Shown one piece after another: positions 37,601 to 47,319 of a DNA stretch of 64,000 bases. The stretch covers positions 1 to 64,000 of the IMG/VR virus record IMGVR_UViG_3300015608_002119; one strand, written 5' to 3'. The stretch is from a virus. Taxonomy: Duplodnaviria > Caudoviricetes. The notes below the pieces were generated by a model. The model was not told the DNA's origin. It was given only the letters and a program-made list of their open reading frames with translations, and made no database searches. The position numbers were made by a program, and so were the translations under genes. Numbering within the stretch: position 1 is the first letter of the stretch; every line of letters begins with the position of its first letter.

Positions 37601-38831
37601 GTTGCAAACCGGGTTCAACAACGCCTCCCAGGCATCTCGAACCGGAACAGACCGGATTGTACGTAACGTCAATGCCGCAACCCAAGCAACCCAGACTCTG
37701 GCCGCGGCGGGACAACAGATGAGAGATGTCCAGGCTGGGAACATCAACAACTCTGGGGCATTGGTTGAGATGTTTGGCCAGATGCGAGAGGTTGTTGCAG
37801 GGCTGGTCACATTCGCAACGGACACGTTCCGCAACATGACACCAAGCCAAGCCGGGGTTGTGCGAACCGGCGTTGAGACAGTGGCGGCGATGCTGAATGC
37901 TGTGAAGACAGTACCGGAGATAGTGGCAGCCGTTGGCAGCGGCCCAAACGTCAATCCGGCCGAGATGGTGAACAGACTTGTTGGTCCAAACGGCCTGCTC
38001 TCATATCTTTTTATCACACAGGGACCAAACGCGCACCAGGAAGCGCGTTGGTTGTTGGACATGTTCAAGGCCGACGGAGTAATAGACCGATTCGTTGCTC
38101 AATTGCCTACGCGGTTTGAGCGAACAATCAACAAAGTAAAGACCTTGTTCGAAACTGTCAAGTCCATGTCTGATGCGGCAACCAGTCTCAGCTCTGCCGC
38201 ACAAACAGGAGCTGGCGGCAATGTATACAACAACGTGATTAGTCCGCTGGTTGGATCTAGCGGCTTGTTGTCGTATCTCTTTGACGAAAGCAAGCATCGT
38301 GAGGCTTCAGACTTCAAGAGCATGTTCAAGTCGGGTGGGCTGATTCAGTCATTTGCCGACTCTATGCCGGACAGCTATAGGCGTGTTACTACGAAGCTGG
38401 CATCGATAGGTGCGATCGTGAGAAGTACCGTTGAGGCTTCCGGAGAGCTGTCGACTGGCAACACCAGGATCAGCTCCATGCTGACTGGTTTGAATCTACA
38501 GTCGGCCATGCAATCGTTCCGCACAAACTTCACAGAACAGATATCGGCGTTCGTTTCTGAGTATAACAGAATATCAATAGAACTTGCCAACCTGAACGTG
38601 CATGCAATCGATGCATCACTAGACCGTGTTGGCGAAGTGTTGGGTGCTGACCGGACCGTAAGGCTGGAGTCTGCTGCGGCTAACGTTACGGTGAACGTGA
38701 ACGTCAAACTTGCAGCGGCAGACATTGAGCAGGCCCTGTTTGAGTATTCCAACTCCCCTCGCGCACGCAACAGGCCCGGAACACTGAGACCAACGTCGTT
38801 CTACCCCAGGACTGAACCAGTAACGCAGTAA
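34626..38831 (+). CDS. Tape measure protein
   Basis: 1401 aa, helical, Ala/Gly-rich with hydrophobic segments, upstream of baseplate genes. Confidence 0.8.
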   Translation: MATNTTPTVDNLKIAQGLVQAMSQMADILDKQTESLKTQLQLSEAIKKVQELTTDDIRNRSFNGEALNEALEKSLSESESLAESMTNVGKTVEKSTGLVNTFGKVASGVFGTVVVTLSEMTNGFRAGFNISKNFFGNIWRMGRTAVGVLVDIAKVVAGMPGAFLEFMQGAATGGVDAYRVALEELREEFGNLATGTSLSVRSMNESMRNFSATGLSFGRVFGYGREGLAAALKEFQKIATEMGPIFNRFAADSRGMSREIVVLAKGANITGEGFRAMQLAADNGGESIRVAMNGMIRGLAMAEREFGIASKEIGKDVNAMLKDLGSFGVMSRDTMIKTSVYARRLGLSIEALKKVMDKYLNFEDAAQSAAGMAEAFNMNIDAMRMMREQDPTRRLDMLRQAFFRTGRNIDQMSIAERRHLANLSGMSEEETRIAFAQRNRALSGAQLDAQMRRSQRQQMTQVQALQQVAKSIKLLVMSGSPLQGSFFDIFIRGFKQGIMWSREFRGAVRAIQQSMRVIFMSGREVGRMFAHLFPGFKEFFGGVRDLFNPRRYRALMTQVKAQFREFFTSLSDPNRRDSALGTFMRNMRTNFLNYFTQGSPAARRTAEGFKTFFKTIGILAIQGARYLLVQLRDGTKKALDAVRAVLLNPRGIRQGLRELFAPGTNVAGTMGSQLTSTFQEVFQYAASQLGPVLGQLWDTVVGFISDRRVQQALEDKLGPPLRKAGQFVGKYFIAAMFGPAVIMAAVRGAGAMIATALGKALFPVAKSTFASFSLTSTAVAAVLASVVALTVGFDQFPDKTAKAMKRVDEVVARLSNNIGLYMGKAYKAIVDGATAVGFLVAGYLFDPARWLAAVGRLTAAVVPALMSIGSTVITGIGNLVAGFLEGAGMQEAANDLRASIRWVSDGVHEFVGDLRGSITTIRTSWDIVRADLLRLGGWLNDHNPFMSLINSMRDVWNTAQRIFGHSVNTVVAADLAKIERPAQRAQETISNALQTGFNNASQASRTGTDRIVRNVNAATQATQTLAAAGQQMRDVQAGNINNSGALVEMFGQMREVVAGLVTFATDTFRNMTPSQAGVVRTGVETVAAMLNAVKTVPEIVAAVGSGPNVNPAEMVNRLVGPNGLLSYLFITQGPNAHQEARWLLDMFKADGVIDRFVAQLPTRFERTINKVKTLFETVKSMSDAATSLSSAAQTGAGGNVYNNVISPLVGSSGLLSYLFDESKHREASDFKSMFKSGGLIQSFADSMPDSYRRVTTKLASIGAIVRSTVEASGELSTGNTRISSMLTGLNLQSAMQSFRTNFTEQISAFVSEYNRISIELANLNVHAIDASLDRVGEVLGADRTVRLESAAANVTVNVNVKLAAADIEQALFEYSNSPRARNRPGTLRPTSFYPRTEPVTQ

Positions 38832-38860
38832 ACTAGACCTGAAAGAGTAATAAATCAACA

Positions 38861-39094
38861 ATGACCGATTGCAACCACAGCACCACCAACGGTGATCAGA
38901 ATGAGACTGATAGCAACGCGACAATCTCAGTCAGCGAGGCCGTCCTGCGCTCGTCGGTCATGACCGACATCCTGAGCCATTTATCAGACGAGGATAAGAT
39001 CGCTGCCTCCATGTTTATTGAGAGGCTGCTCGGAGACTTTGACAGCATTCTCACTGCCTATAAGGCAGTCGACACGTCCAACGCCAAACGATAA
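38861..39094 (+). CDS. Hypothetical protein
   Basis: ORF in the tail block. Confidence 0.5.
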   Translation: MTDCNHSTTNGDQNETDSNATISVSEAVLRSSVMTDILSHLSDEDKIAASMFIERLLGDFDSILTAYKAVDTSNAKR

Positions 39095-39114
39095 TCGGCT
39101 AGTTAGCTGGTACG

Positions 39115-42100
39115 ATGAGCAGGCCGTCACCAGTTGTTAACCCAGCGTTGCTGACCGACCCAGGTGATTCTAGCTCTGGGCGGCGCTTAACGATATACTT
39201 TCAGAAAGGGCCAGACGTTCCAGTAGCGCCGGAAGTAAATGCCGGAGTCGATGTTGCGGATGCTATCAAGGCTGCTTACGTTGATTATACGGCCACGCAA
39301 GCGGTCGCCGCCAACACAGCCATACCAATTGTTGCCGGTGACGACAGACAGCCCGTATATGTCAGTGCAGAGCCGGATCTGAACACGAGCGGACTAACGA
39401 GCGAGGCAGTAAACGCTGCGCTGGCTCCGGCCACCATGTTCAATCCAAGACGTTTTCAGCTCGTTGGGGTTGGATCTGGTGACAGGGTTAACTTCGGCTC
39501 TAGCAAGAACGAGCTTGGTGTAAACGACCCCGTTAAAAACCAAAAGCTACAAAACATTACGAATTATGTTCGTAATGTTGAGTTGCGGCAAGATAGCGCA
39601 CACTCCAAGATCGTCGACTCCGAAAAACTTGAATCTTCTGGGTATAACGACGCAAACAAGTACCTGCGCAGCTCGGACACAACTGGCCCGGCAGACCAAG
39701 TCGGCAGAACTCTAAGGCTTGGATCGGTTTTCTATAACAAGCTCGGAGCATACGTGTCATCGAGCTACACTGGGCAACCAATCCTAGATGGGTCCACGGT
39801 AAAGGCTGCCAACCTAACCGTAACCGACCTTGAGAACATCGCCATCAACATGATGTTCGATGCAGTTCAGGGTGATGCTGGTTTAGACTTCAAGTATACT
39901 GGCACTTCTTCTGATGACATCGAAGCCGAAGCTAGGATGGCCATACCATCGCCGCAGCGGCTAGGCAAGAAAGTGCCAATGGGCAGGTTCTCAGCGGCCA
40001 GGGAGATCAAGAAGCTATACGGAATTGAAAAACGCTCCGAGTCAAACATCATCGACAGTAGCGATTACCTGGAGTCACACGGTAGCTTCTACAACCAGTT
40101 CTCGCAGTTCGATTCGCTTATACCACTTGGTCAGATTGCCGTGTCCGTCGCGATGGTGCTTGGGTTTAACGCACTGCTTAGCTCCATTGGCGCAATAATT
40201 CGTGCGGCCAGCTCCAACAACCCGGAGGTCATCACATCATTTAACGAGCTGTCGGTGGATGAACGTAGGTCGTTGCTTGGTGTGGTGTCAGTATCAAAGG
40301 CGGCATTTCCCACATCGGAGGTTGGTGGCCTTGATATTCTTACGCAGACTCTAGGAATAACATCTCTGTTCTCGCCAACGCTACACGATTCAGACAGCTG
40401 CTTACTCGTAGGGATTGAGGAGTTCTTTGGCTTTAGTTTTGGCACTGGACTATCTGGTAGAGCTACGCCGCCGTCACAGCAAGCAGCCAGAGGAAGCCTT
40501 AAGGTGTTGACGGAGAGCGGGCGTCTGAACGTCATACTTCGCGAGATCCTTCGCAGTGGCATAAGCATTGTTGAGAGCGCTCAAGCGGACTTCACTGGCG
40601 GCGCGTCATTGGCTGGTATCAGCAACTTGGTTCGCAGAATAAAAAGCACCAAGATGCTTAAGTTCGTCGACCTGTTGATGCAGATTGGTGATCGCATCAA
40701 GATGGAAGACGACCTAAAGACAGATGCTAGTCTGAACGGCAACCCATCATTCAACGTGTCTGCCAGCTCTAATGTGTCATATGTTGATAGCCTACCGGAC
40801 CAGCGCGCATTCTACGCAGCCAAGTCACGGCTGAGTGATGGTAGAATGGCATGGGGAGCATCGACGGCCACGTCGATGCTGTTGCCGGTGGATTCTTTGT
40901 TGATGTCCGGACTAAGCGAGTCAATGGGAGGCGCCCGGATGGGTTACCCATTGCCATCGCGAGCGCAAGACCCAGGCTTTCTGACAAGCAACCAAAGGTC
41001 TGCTGCCATACGAAACGGTAGATTGGATGCTGAGTCCGTTGCAAAGTTTGAACGCGAGCTCGAACAAGACTATATGCCGTTTTACTTTCAGGACTTGCGC
41101 ACCAATGAGATGATTTCATTTCATGCGTTCTTGGAAGATGCCTCAGAAGACTTCAATGTCGATTACAACAGCACTGATGGATATGGGCGTATCGACAAGG
41201 TGCAAATCTATAAAGGCACTACAAGAACGGTAAACGTTTCGTTCAAGATGGTAGCTACAAACGAAGATGACATGGCGGCGATGTGGTATAAGCTGAACCG
41301 TCTGGCCATGTTGATCTATCCACAATGGACAGGTGGCCGTGAAGTCAACGTAGGGGACATCAAGTTCACCCAGCCGTACTCGCAGATTCCAGGTGCTACT
41401 CCAGTTGTCCGCATGCGCCTGGGTGACCTGTTTAAGTCGAACTATAGCAAAATGGCGGTTGCTAGGCTGTTTGGTATATCAACACGCCCAGACTACAACG
41501 TCACGTCCAGGCAGCCAAATCAGCCGCGCACCGCCGGAGCACAGACGGAGAACACCTCACAACCAGCATCACAAGGTAACTCTGGGCAGAACACACTGGC
41601 GTTTCGTGTTGCGGCGTTGCAAGACCCACAAGTGCAGTTCACGTCCAACCAGAGCAACAGTTCGGCCGAGCCAAGGACCATAAATCCAACCGACGTGTTC
41701 ACCGGCCCAGATCCACGTGTTTACTTGAACATTCGGCCGATTGCCAGCCAGCTGCGCAGGTTTAGAGCTGGACCATCGAGGCGACAGATCACTGCAAACA
41801 ACAGCTCTGCGCGTATCCTGGCGAGGTTCGTTGATGTCAGCGCGACATCGAACAAAGCAAACTTTCAATTAATAAGCCTTGTCACGCCTGGACCTAATGG
41901 TAACCAGCGCTCAGAAGTCATAACGGGGCCGTCCGGCGCCGAGCCCACGATCTCATTGTCGTTGAGTGCTGGGTTTCGCGGCATGATCGATGTATCAAAG
42001 ACTGTGAGCGAGATGCAAAGGTCAGATACGTCTGCACAGTCCGAAAGCCAGCGTACAAGCAACGACACGGCAGATGGTACCGTGGGCATCGGCGCCCTCA

Positions 42101-42483
42101 CGCCAGAGATATTCTACGACGATGACAAAAATCCGATCTTAAAGTCGTTCAAGTCGACAGCTGGGCGTGGGCTCGCTGGCGTCGTAACGTCTTTCAAGGT
42201 TGATTATAGCGAGGCAAAGGGAAACTGGGGAACCGACGCAAGTCGTCTAAACAGGGCGCCTATGTTTATGACAGTCCAAGTCGGGCTGGCGGTGATTCAT
42301 GATGCACCGCTCGGTCTTGACGCTAACGGCATGATGCTAGCACCAATTTGGCCCGTGGGCCACTATGCGAACTTCTATGCGCCAACCGGTCGGGACGTAC
42401 GCGAACAGTCACCAAACTATCGCGGCAGCTTGCTATCCAGGTTTGATCCAGAAGTCAATCCATACTTCAATCGGAAGAGGTAG
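39115..42483 (+). CDS. Large baseplate / tail-tube initiator-like protein
   Basis: PFYFQDLRT..ISFHAFL....GYGRIDKVQIY.GTTRTVNVSF; TAGTTA at 39100. Confidence 0.65.
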   Translation: MSRPSPVVNPALLTDPGDSSSGRRLTIYFQKGPDVPVAPEVNAGVDVADAIKAAYVDYTATQAVAANTAIPIVAGDDRQPVYVSAEPDLNTSGLTSEAVNAALAPATMFNPRRFQLVGVGSGDRVNFGSSKNELGVNDPVKNQKLQNITNYVRNVELRQDSAHSKIVDSEKLESSGYNDANKYLRSSDTTGPADQVGRTLRLGSVFYNKLGAYVSSSYTGQPILDGSTVKAANLTVTDLENIAINMMFDAVQGDAGLDFKYTGTSSDDIEAEARMAIPSPQRLGKKVPMGRFSAAREIKKLYGIEKRSESNIIDSSDYLESHGSFYNQFSQFDSLIPLGQIAVSVAMVLGFNALLSSIGAIIRAASSNNPEVITSFNELSVDERRSLLGVVSVSKAAFPTSEVGGLDILTQTLGITSLFSPTLHDSDSCLLVGIEEFFGFSFGTGLSGRATPPSQQAARGSLKVLTESGRLNVILREILRSGISIVESAQADFTGGASLAGISNLVRRIKSTKMLKFVDLLMQIGDRIKMEDDLKTDASLNGNPSFNVSASSNVSYVDSLPDQRAFYAAKSRLSDGRMAWGASTATSMLLPVDSLLMSGLSESMGGARMGYPLPSRAQDPGFLTSNQRSAAIRNGRLDAESVAKFERELEQDYMPFYFQDLRTNEMISFHAFLEDASEDFNVDYNSTDGYGRIDKVQIYKGTTRTVNVSFKMVATNEDDMAAMWYKLNRLAMLIYPQWTGGREVNVGDIKFTQPYSQIPGATPVVRMRLGDLFKSNYSKMAVARLFGISTRPDYNVTSRQPNQPRTAGAQTENTSQPASQGNSGQNTLAFRVAALQDPQVQFTSNQSNSSAEPRTINPTDVFTGPDPRVYLNIRPIASQLRRFRAGPSRRQITANNSSARILARFVDVSATSNKANFQLISLVTPGPNGNQRSEVITGPSGAEPTISLSLSAGFRGMIDVSKTVSEMQRSDTSAQSESQRTSNDTADGTVGIGALTPEIFYDDDKNPILKSFKSTAGRGLAGVVTSFKVDYSEAKGNWGTDASRLNRAPMFMTVQVGLAVIHDAPLGLDANGMMLAPIWPVGHYANFYAPTGRDVREQSPNYRGSLLSRFDPEVNPYFNRKR

Positions 42484-42492
42484 TTGTCGACA

Positions 42493-42789
42493 ATGAGCGC
42501 AGTAAGCAGATATACGGTTACTCCTAGAATTGCGTTCGGCAAGCAGTACGGCACCAGCAGCACCATCGCCAACATTCGCAGCGCCATCAAGGAAGGCAAA
42601 ATACAAACCACCACGATCTTTCTGAAAGAGGCGATAAGGCTTGACGTGTTGGCCGGTCAGTATTACAACGATGGTCGCTATGGGTGGCTGATTGCTGCGG
42701 CATCTGAGATAGGCTGGATGCCACAAACGCCGCCAAACACAAGAATTGTGATCCCAGACCTGGAGCAGTCACTGAGGTATCTCGGCTGA
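42493..42789 (+). CDS. LysM/gp53-like baseplate wedge protein
   Basis: RLDVLAGQYYNDGRYGWLIAAAS..IVIP. Confidence 0.7.
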   Translation: MSAVSRYTVTPRIAFGKQYGTSSTIANIRSAIKEGKIQTTTIFLKEAIRLDVLAGQYYNDGRYGWLIAAASEIGWMPQTPPNTRIVIPDLEQSLRYLG

Positions 42790-42796
42790 AATCCTC

Positions 42797-45700
42797 ATGC
42801 TAAGCATCGACAGCAAGCTAACACGCGAACAAAAGTCAGCTCGACTTGGCAGGATCAAGTCCGACTTGGCAAGGTATTTTGGGTTCGCAACACCCGAAAA
42901 CATCGCAGAGGCGTTGGCTTTTGCACAGGCCGTAGGCCAAACGGAGGCAGCCCAAGTACCGCTGACACCGACTACTGCCAACGGCCCTCAAGTTGTTAGG
43001 AGCCGTCTTGGTATACGCGCAGACCCAGAGCTGCAAGATGTGTTTGAGCTGCTGCTGGACTCCGGCGAAGGTTCTCGATTTGCGATTACTGGAGCTGGGT
43101 CGATTTTAGAGCTCTTGGCAGCCAAGGTACGCGATGCTCGCGGTGACCGGAACAAGCTCATAAAGCTGGCAAGGTGTGCCAAGCTGCACTACTGCAACAC
43201 AGTCAGGACCCCGGTGGCGGCATCGGTGGCCGACAGCAGCGCCGCGTTGGGTACGAGAGTCCTGTACGATAACCTGGGAGTGATTGGGTTTGGGAACAGC
43301 GCCGATGAACAAGCGGCCAAGCAGCGGCTGAGCGTGTTTCGGGTAGAACACCCAATGATCGTACCGGGAAACAAGAACGCCGAGCTTTTGACGGTGTTCT
43401 TCAACGCGTTTCCGGCGATTGAACTCACCAGAGCAATACCGGTCCTGAACCTCAAGGTTTACTCGTCACGGCAGGTGTTCCAGAACGGCAAGCTCGGCGC
43501 AATATCGCTGCAAAAGTTCCTTGAGGGCGCCAGGACAGTCTCCCCAGATAATGCTACCGACATGCCAGTGCGCGCAATCGGGTTAGCAAACCAAGTCACA
43601 GCATCCCTGTTCGGTCAAACCGACCAGGAGTTTAGCAGCTACTCACTGACAGGATTAGAGCTGTTCACTGCGCCACAGACGCTCGTTAACCCATCTGCTA
43701 ACAAACAACAAGGAAACTACCTTGCCCCAGTAATTGATCCGTTCAGGCCACTTGCCTCAATCAAGAACTTCGATGTTGAGGTTCGTAGTGCTGTTGGTCT
43801 TATATCAACCAAGACCGCCAAGTTGGAAATGACCCTGCATGACCGCAGCAGACTTGGGGAGTTCGCTGACTTTGTCAAGCCTGATCGGTATGGCAGCTCG
43901 TTTGTTGAAGTAGAGTATGGATGGTCACACCCAGATGGCTTGGATGTTGGCAACCCATATGCTGACCTGCTAAATCTTACGCGTGTCAAGGAGCAATATA
44001 ACATCGTCAACTCGTCCTTCAACTTTGATGAGGTTGGTCAAGTAAACATCACCCTGAACTTGGCTACTCGCGGATCATCCGAGATGACAGAGTTGTCTAT
44101 TACGGGGAACCAGCCGCAGGTTAGAGAATATATTCGTGCCGTCGAGAGACTGAGCCGTGAGATCAACGCGTTGTCCGATCAGGTGTTTGGGACACGGCAG
44201 AGATCAGGCAACAACACCAGTAGTGAATCAAACTCAAACAGCTCGCACCGCAGAGAGATTCGTGGGCAACAAATGCTAACAGCGGCCGGTGATGCAACCA
44301 GCTACCTGATACTGACGCCTGAACTGTTTACGTCATTGGCTCAACTAAGGCGAACGTTAACTCAACGCATCAGCGGCGACAGTTCTCCGGCCGTTAGAAG
44401 ACAGGCGCAGCAGCTTAAGGCACGACTAGATGAGCTTGTAGGCACAAGCAGCAACTCCGTGTCGCCAAACTCCAGAATCGGTATTATTCAAAGCACAATT
44501 AACAACGACGTTAGCACGGCGATATCGATGATCAACCGAGACACGGATGGCCAGCCGTCGTCCGACCCGCTTGCAAGAGACATCTTCTTGCGCGAAATGC
44601 CATCTGTTCCACGTTCGATGCTGTTGGAGGCCAATGGAACACTAAAGCGTCGACAAAGCGGTATACGAAGAGACGCCAGCACAGCAAACGGCCAAGTTGT
44701 TGCCACACCAGCACAGACACGCTCGGCTTCTGGGAGAGTCTCCAGTAGAGGAATAGTATCAGATGGGTCTGTGATATCACTAGGGTCGCTTATCATGGCG
44801 TTGGTTGCGAAGCCGCTTGCTAAAGTGAAAAACGCGGACGGGTTCAAGTTTGATGAGGTGCAAACGTACTTCTACAACTTCAATACCAAAGCTGGCCCGA
44901 TGAGCCATTGCAACATTAGCCAGTTTCCAGTTTACACGGACTTCTTTGCGCGTGAATACTCTCGGCTCAGGCTTGAAAACTCTAGCCGCACTGTCGACTT
45001 GTCAGTAACCGAGTTCGTCTCGTTTATTGCCAGCAGGATGATAGATGACCCAATGAATCCAGCCTATGGAATCAATGGCCTGTACCGGCCATCGACGACT
45101 TCTGATGAGCTGGTGGCGAGAACAAACGGCGACGAGTTCAACAGGAACATGCAGCGTATTATGCGCGCAGCCAACATCGGCCAGTCACCCGACTTTGTGA
45201 TGCCGCAAATCACCCTGGACATCGAGGCCGTCCCACATGCGACCGACGAGACCAAGTCTATTCTGAAGTTGCACATATACGACAAGGCATGCTCGCCAAA
45301 CAACACATTGCGTGAGCTGCTATCACTATCGACCGACAATCTCCTGTCAAACCTGTCTGCATACCCAGGAGATGACCAGTCACGGATAGCACAAGAGGAA
45401 CAGAACAGGGCCGCAGGAGCTACTGGCGTGCCTCGTCATGTCCTGCGTGACAACTGGCGAGAGATACACGCCGCAATAACAGAACACGCTCGCGCCACCG
45501 GGTTGATAGAGGCCGTACAAGGAACCAATGGCTCTCAGTATCGATTTGTTGGCGGTCCAAAGCGGCTCAAAGAACTTGTCATGCAGTATGTGCCGCACAT
45601 CATCTACGGGTGTATGGGATCGACTGTCAAGGCAGCAAACCTGTCGACAATGCAAAACGCGTTGCTTGCCACAATAAACATGCAAAGGAGCCTGAACGGC

Positions 45701-46033
45701 GATCCGGTTGATGCAAACGGCGAGCAGCCCGGTGGAGTTCCGCTGAGCGTGTACCCGGTCGAGCTGTCAGTCACCGCACTCGGTTGTCCGTTTGTCCGAT
45801 ATAGCCAAGAACTGTTCATGGACTTCAACACCAACACGACCGCTGACAACATCTATTACGTCACGGGCCTTAGTCATAAGATTGAGCCTGGAACATTTGA
45901 GACAACAGTCAAGCTCACCGCCACGGACGCGTTCGGCCAATACAGAAACTTGATAGGCCAACTTAACAATGCACAAACAACTCTAAATGCAATTGTTAGT
46001 TCAAACACCAATAACAGAAATCAACAAAACTAA
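42797..46033 (+). CDS. Baseplate hub-like structural protein
   Basis: VEYGWSHP; C-terminal YYVTGLSHKIEPG.FETTVKL. Confidence 0.6.
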   Translation: MLSIDSKLTREQKSARLGRIKSDLARYFGFATPENIAEALAFAQAVGQTEAAQVPLTPTTANGPQVVRSRLGIRADPELQDVFELLLDSGEGSRFAITGAGSILELLAAKVRDARGDRNKLIKLARCAKLHYCNTVRTPVAASVADSSAALGTRVLYDNLGVIGFGNSADEQAAKQRLSVFRVEHPMIVPGNKNAELLTVFFNAFPAIELTRAIPVLNLKVYSSRQVFQNGKLGAISLQKFLEGARTVSPDNATDMPVRAIGLANQVTASLFGQTDQEFSSYSLTGLELFTAPQTLVNPSANKQQGNYLAPVIDPFRPLASIKNFDVEVRSAVGLISTKTAKLEMTLHDRSRLGEFADFVKPDRYGSSFVEVEYGWSHPDGLDVGNPYADLLNLTRVKEQYNIVNSSFNFDEVGQVNITLNLATRGSSEMTELSITGNQPQVREYIRAVERLSREINALSDQVFGTRQRSGNNTSSESNSNSSHRREIRGQQMLTAAGDATSYLILTPELFTSLAQLRRTLTQRISGDSSPAVRRQAQQLKARLDELVGTSSNSVSPNSRIGIIQSTINNDVSTAISMINRDTDGQPSSDPLARDIFLREMPSVPRSMLLEANGTLKRRQSGIRRDASTANGQVVATPAQTRSASGRVSSRGIVSDGSVISLGSLIMALVAKPLAKVKNADGFKFDEVQTYFYNFNTKAGPMSHCNISQFPVYTDFFAREYSRLRLENSSRTVDLSVTEFVSFIASRMIDDPMNPAYGINGLYRPSTTSDELVARTNGDEFNRNMQRIMRAANIGQSPDFVMPQITLDIEAVPHATDETKSILKLHIYDKACSPNNTLRELLSLSTDNLLSNLSAYPGDDQSRIAQEEQNRAAGATGVPRHVLRDNWREIHAAITEHARATGLIEAVQGTNGSQYRFVGGPKRLKELVMQYVPHIIYGCMGSTVKAANLSTMQNALLATINMQRSLNGDPVDANGEQPGGVPLSVYPVELSVTALGCPFVRYSQELFMDFNTNTTADNIYYVTGLSHKIEPGTFETTVKLTATDAFGQYRNLIGQLNNAQTTLNAIVSSNTNNRNQQN

Positions 46034-46091
46034 GCCAGACCAACCTGTTCACTTGTCATTGTCGTGCCCCCCGTGCTCAGATTAAGTCACG

Positions 46092-47288
46092 ATGGTCAAC
46101 GACAATGACACCATACGGAAGCTCTACCTCCTACCCGACCCGCCAGCACCCCCTAGATCGTTCCAGAATGCTTTTAAGTCGATCCGGACGGACTTGGTGG
46201 GCTCTCGGGTGCCTTGGCAATTTGCGCTCCCGTATAAGGCGTATAGGAGCTTCTGTGAGGAACAGGAGAAATACCAGACCAATTTCTTGTCCAAGCTCGA
46301 CCTGTCCTACTATCAGAACGTGTACTTGCCGACCGAGGAGCTGTTCTCGTTTCTCAGACCGGCAAGAATAACGAGTGATATGGGCTTGTTCGAGAGGCTG
46401 GCCGAGGAAGACACGGCTGGCCATGTGCTTACGTTCCGCCCAGGGCCAGACGGGTTTACTCGGCACGTGCCGGACTATTCGCGCATCAAGTCTGTAACGG
46501 GCCGACTTACTACGAGCTCGACCGGTCCAAGGATCCTTAATCTACAGAAAGACCATAGAAAGATTCTGGTGTCTCGTTTTCACCAAGATACCGGTTTGGT
46601 GGTCGCTTTGGACTTTAAGTCATTGGAACCAAAGGTACTTTTACATGCTACGGACCAGCTAGTGGAACATAACCAAGAAGAGAGAGGGGAGGGGGAAGAA
46701 AACATCGACATATACCAGTCGTTGCTTGATAGAGTGCTAGAGAACAGGCCAGACTTGCAAACACTGCTCGGTCGAGACAACATGAAGCAGCTCGTTGTGT
46801 CGGAACTTTATGGGGCTGGACTGGCACGTCTCCAGGCGATGTTGCCTAAATCCTTGCCGCCGCGTGACGTTGGTTGGTTGGCTGCGCTGGTAAAGGAGTA
46901 TTTTCGTTCAGATTTGCTGTTGGAGCGTCTGACAAAGGAGTGGGTTAACAACGATTGCAAGTATATTCTGAACGGGTACGGCAGACCGGTGGCCACAGTC
47001 TCCAACAACTTGTTGATCAACCATTATGTTCAAAGCACCGCTGTTGATATTGCAATGATTGGTTTCCTATCAATGGTTAAATACCTTGAGGCAATCGACG
47101 CTTTGGACCGCGTTGTCCCGATTTATCTTGTACACGATGCGATAGTCTTTGATGTCCGAGCCGATTCCTTGCCTTTGGTTTATTCACTGGCTAAGATCGG
47201 CGTTAGCGACATTCCGTCGTTCGCAGGCTCGTCCAAACCTATCACCTCACTGGCACTTAAAGTCGACAGGCTGTTTGCTGGGCCGTAA
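46092..47288 (+). CDS. Compact family-A DNA polymerase (no exonuclease domains)
   Basis: TGRL, DFKSLEPKV (motif A), R...K.......YG (motif B), NHYVQSTAVD, VHDAI (motif C). Confidence 0.8.
   Translation: MVNDNDTIRKLYLLPDPPAPPRSFQNAFKSIRTDLVGSRVPWQFALPYKAYRSFCEEQEKYQTNFLSKLDLSYYQNVYLPTEELFSFLRPARITSDMGLFERLAEEDTAGHVLTFRPGPDGFTRHVPDYSRIKSVTGRLTTSSTGPRILNLQKDHRKILVSRFHQDTGLVVALDFKSLEPKVLLHATDQLVEHNQEERGEGEENIDIYQSLLDRVLENRPDLQTLLGRDNMKQLVVSELYGAGLARLQAMLPKSLPPRDVGWLAALVKEYFRSDLLLERLTKEWVNNDCKYILNGYGRPVATVSNNLLINHYVQSTAVDIAMIGFLSMVKYLEAIDALDRVVPIYLVHDAIVFDVRADSLPLVYSLAKIGVSDIPSFAGSSKPITSLALKVDRLFAGP
46649..46695 (+). repeat. AGTGGAACATAACCAAGA repeat, copy 3 (inside the polymerase gene)
   Basis: Near-identical to the reverse complement of 29900-29945. 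Confidence 0.88.
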
Positions 47289-47319
47289 CAAACAATCACC
47301 GAGAAACAAACAACACACC

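Noticed and set aside
39950-39971. GCGGCTAGG near the position where a fourth bipartite element would be expected
   Set aside because: Only 9 nt match and no second arm at the 63-64 nt spacing
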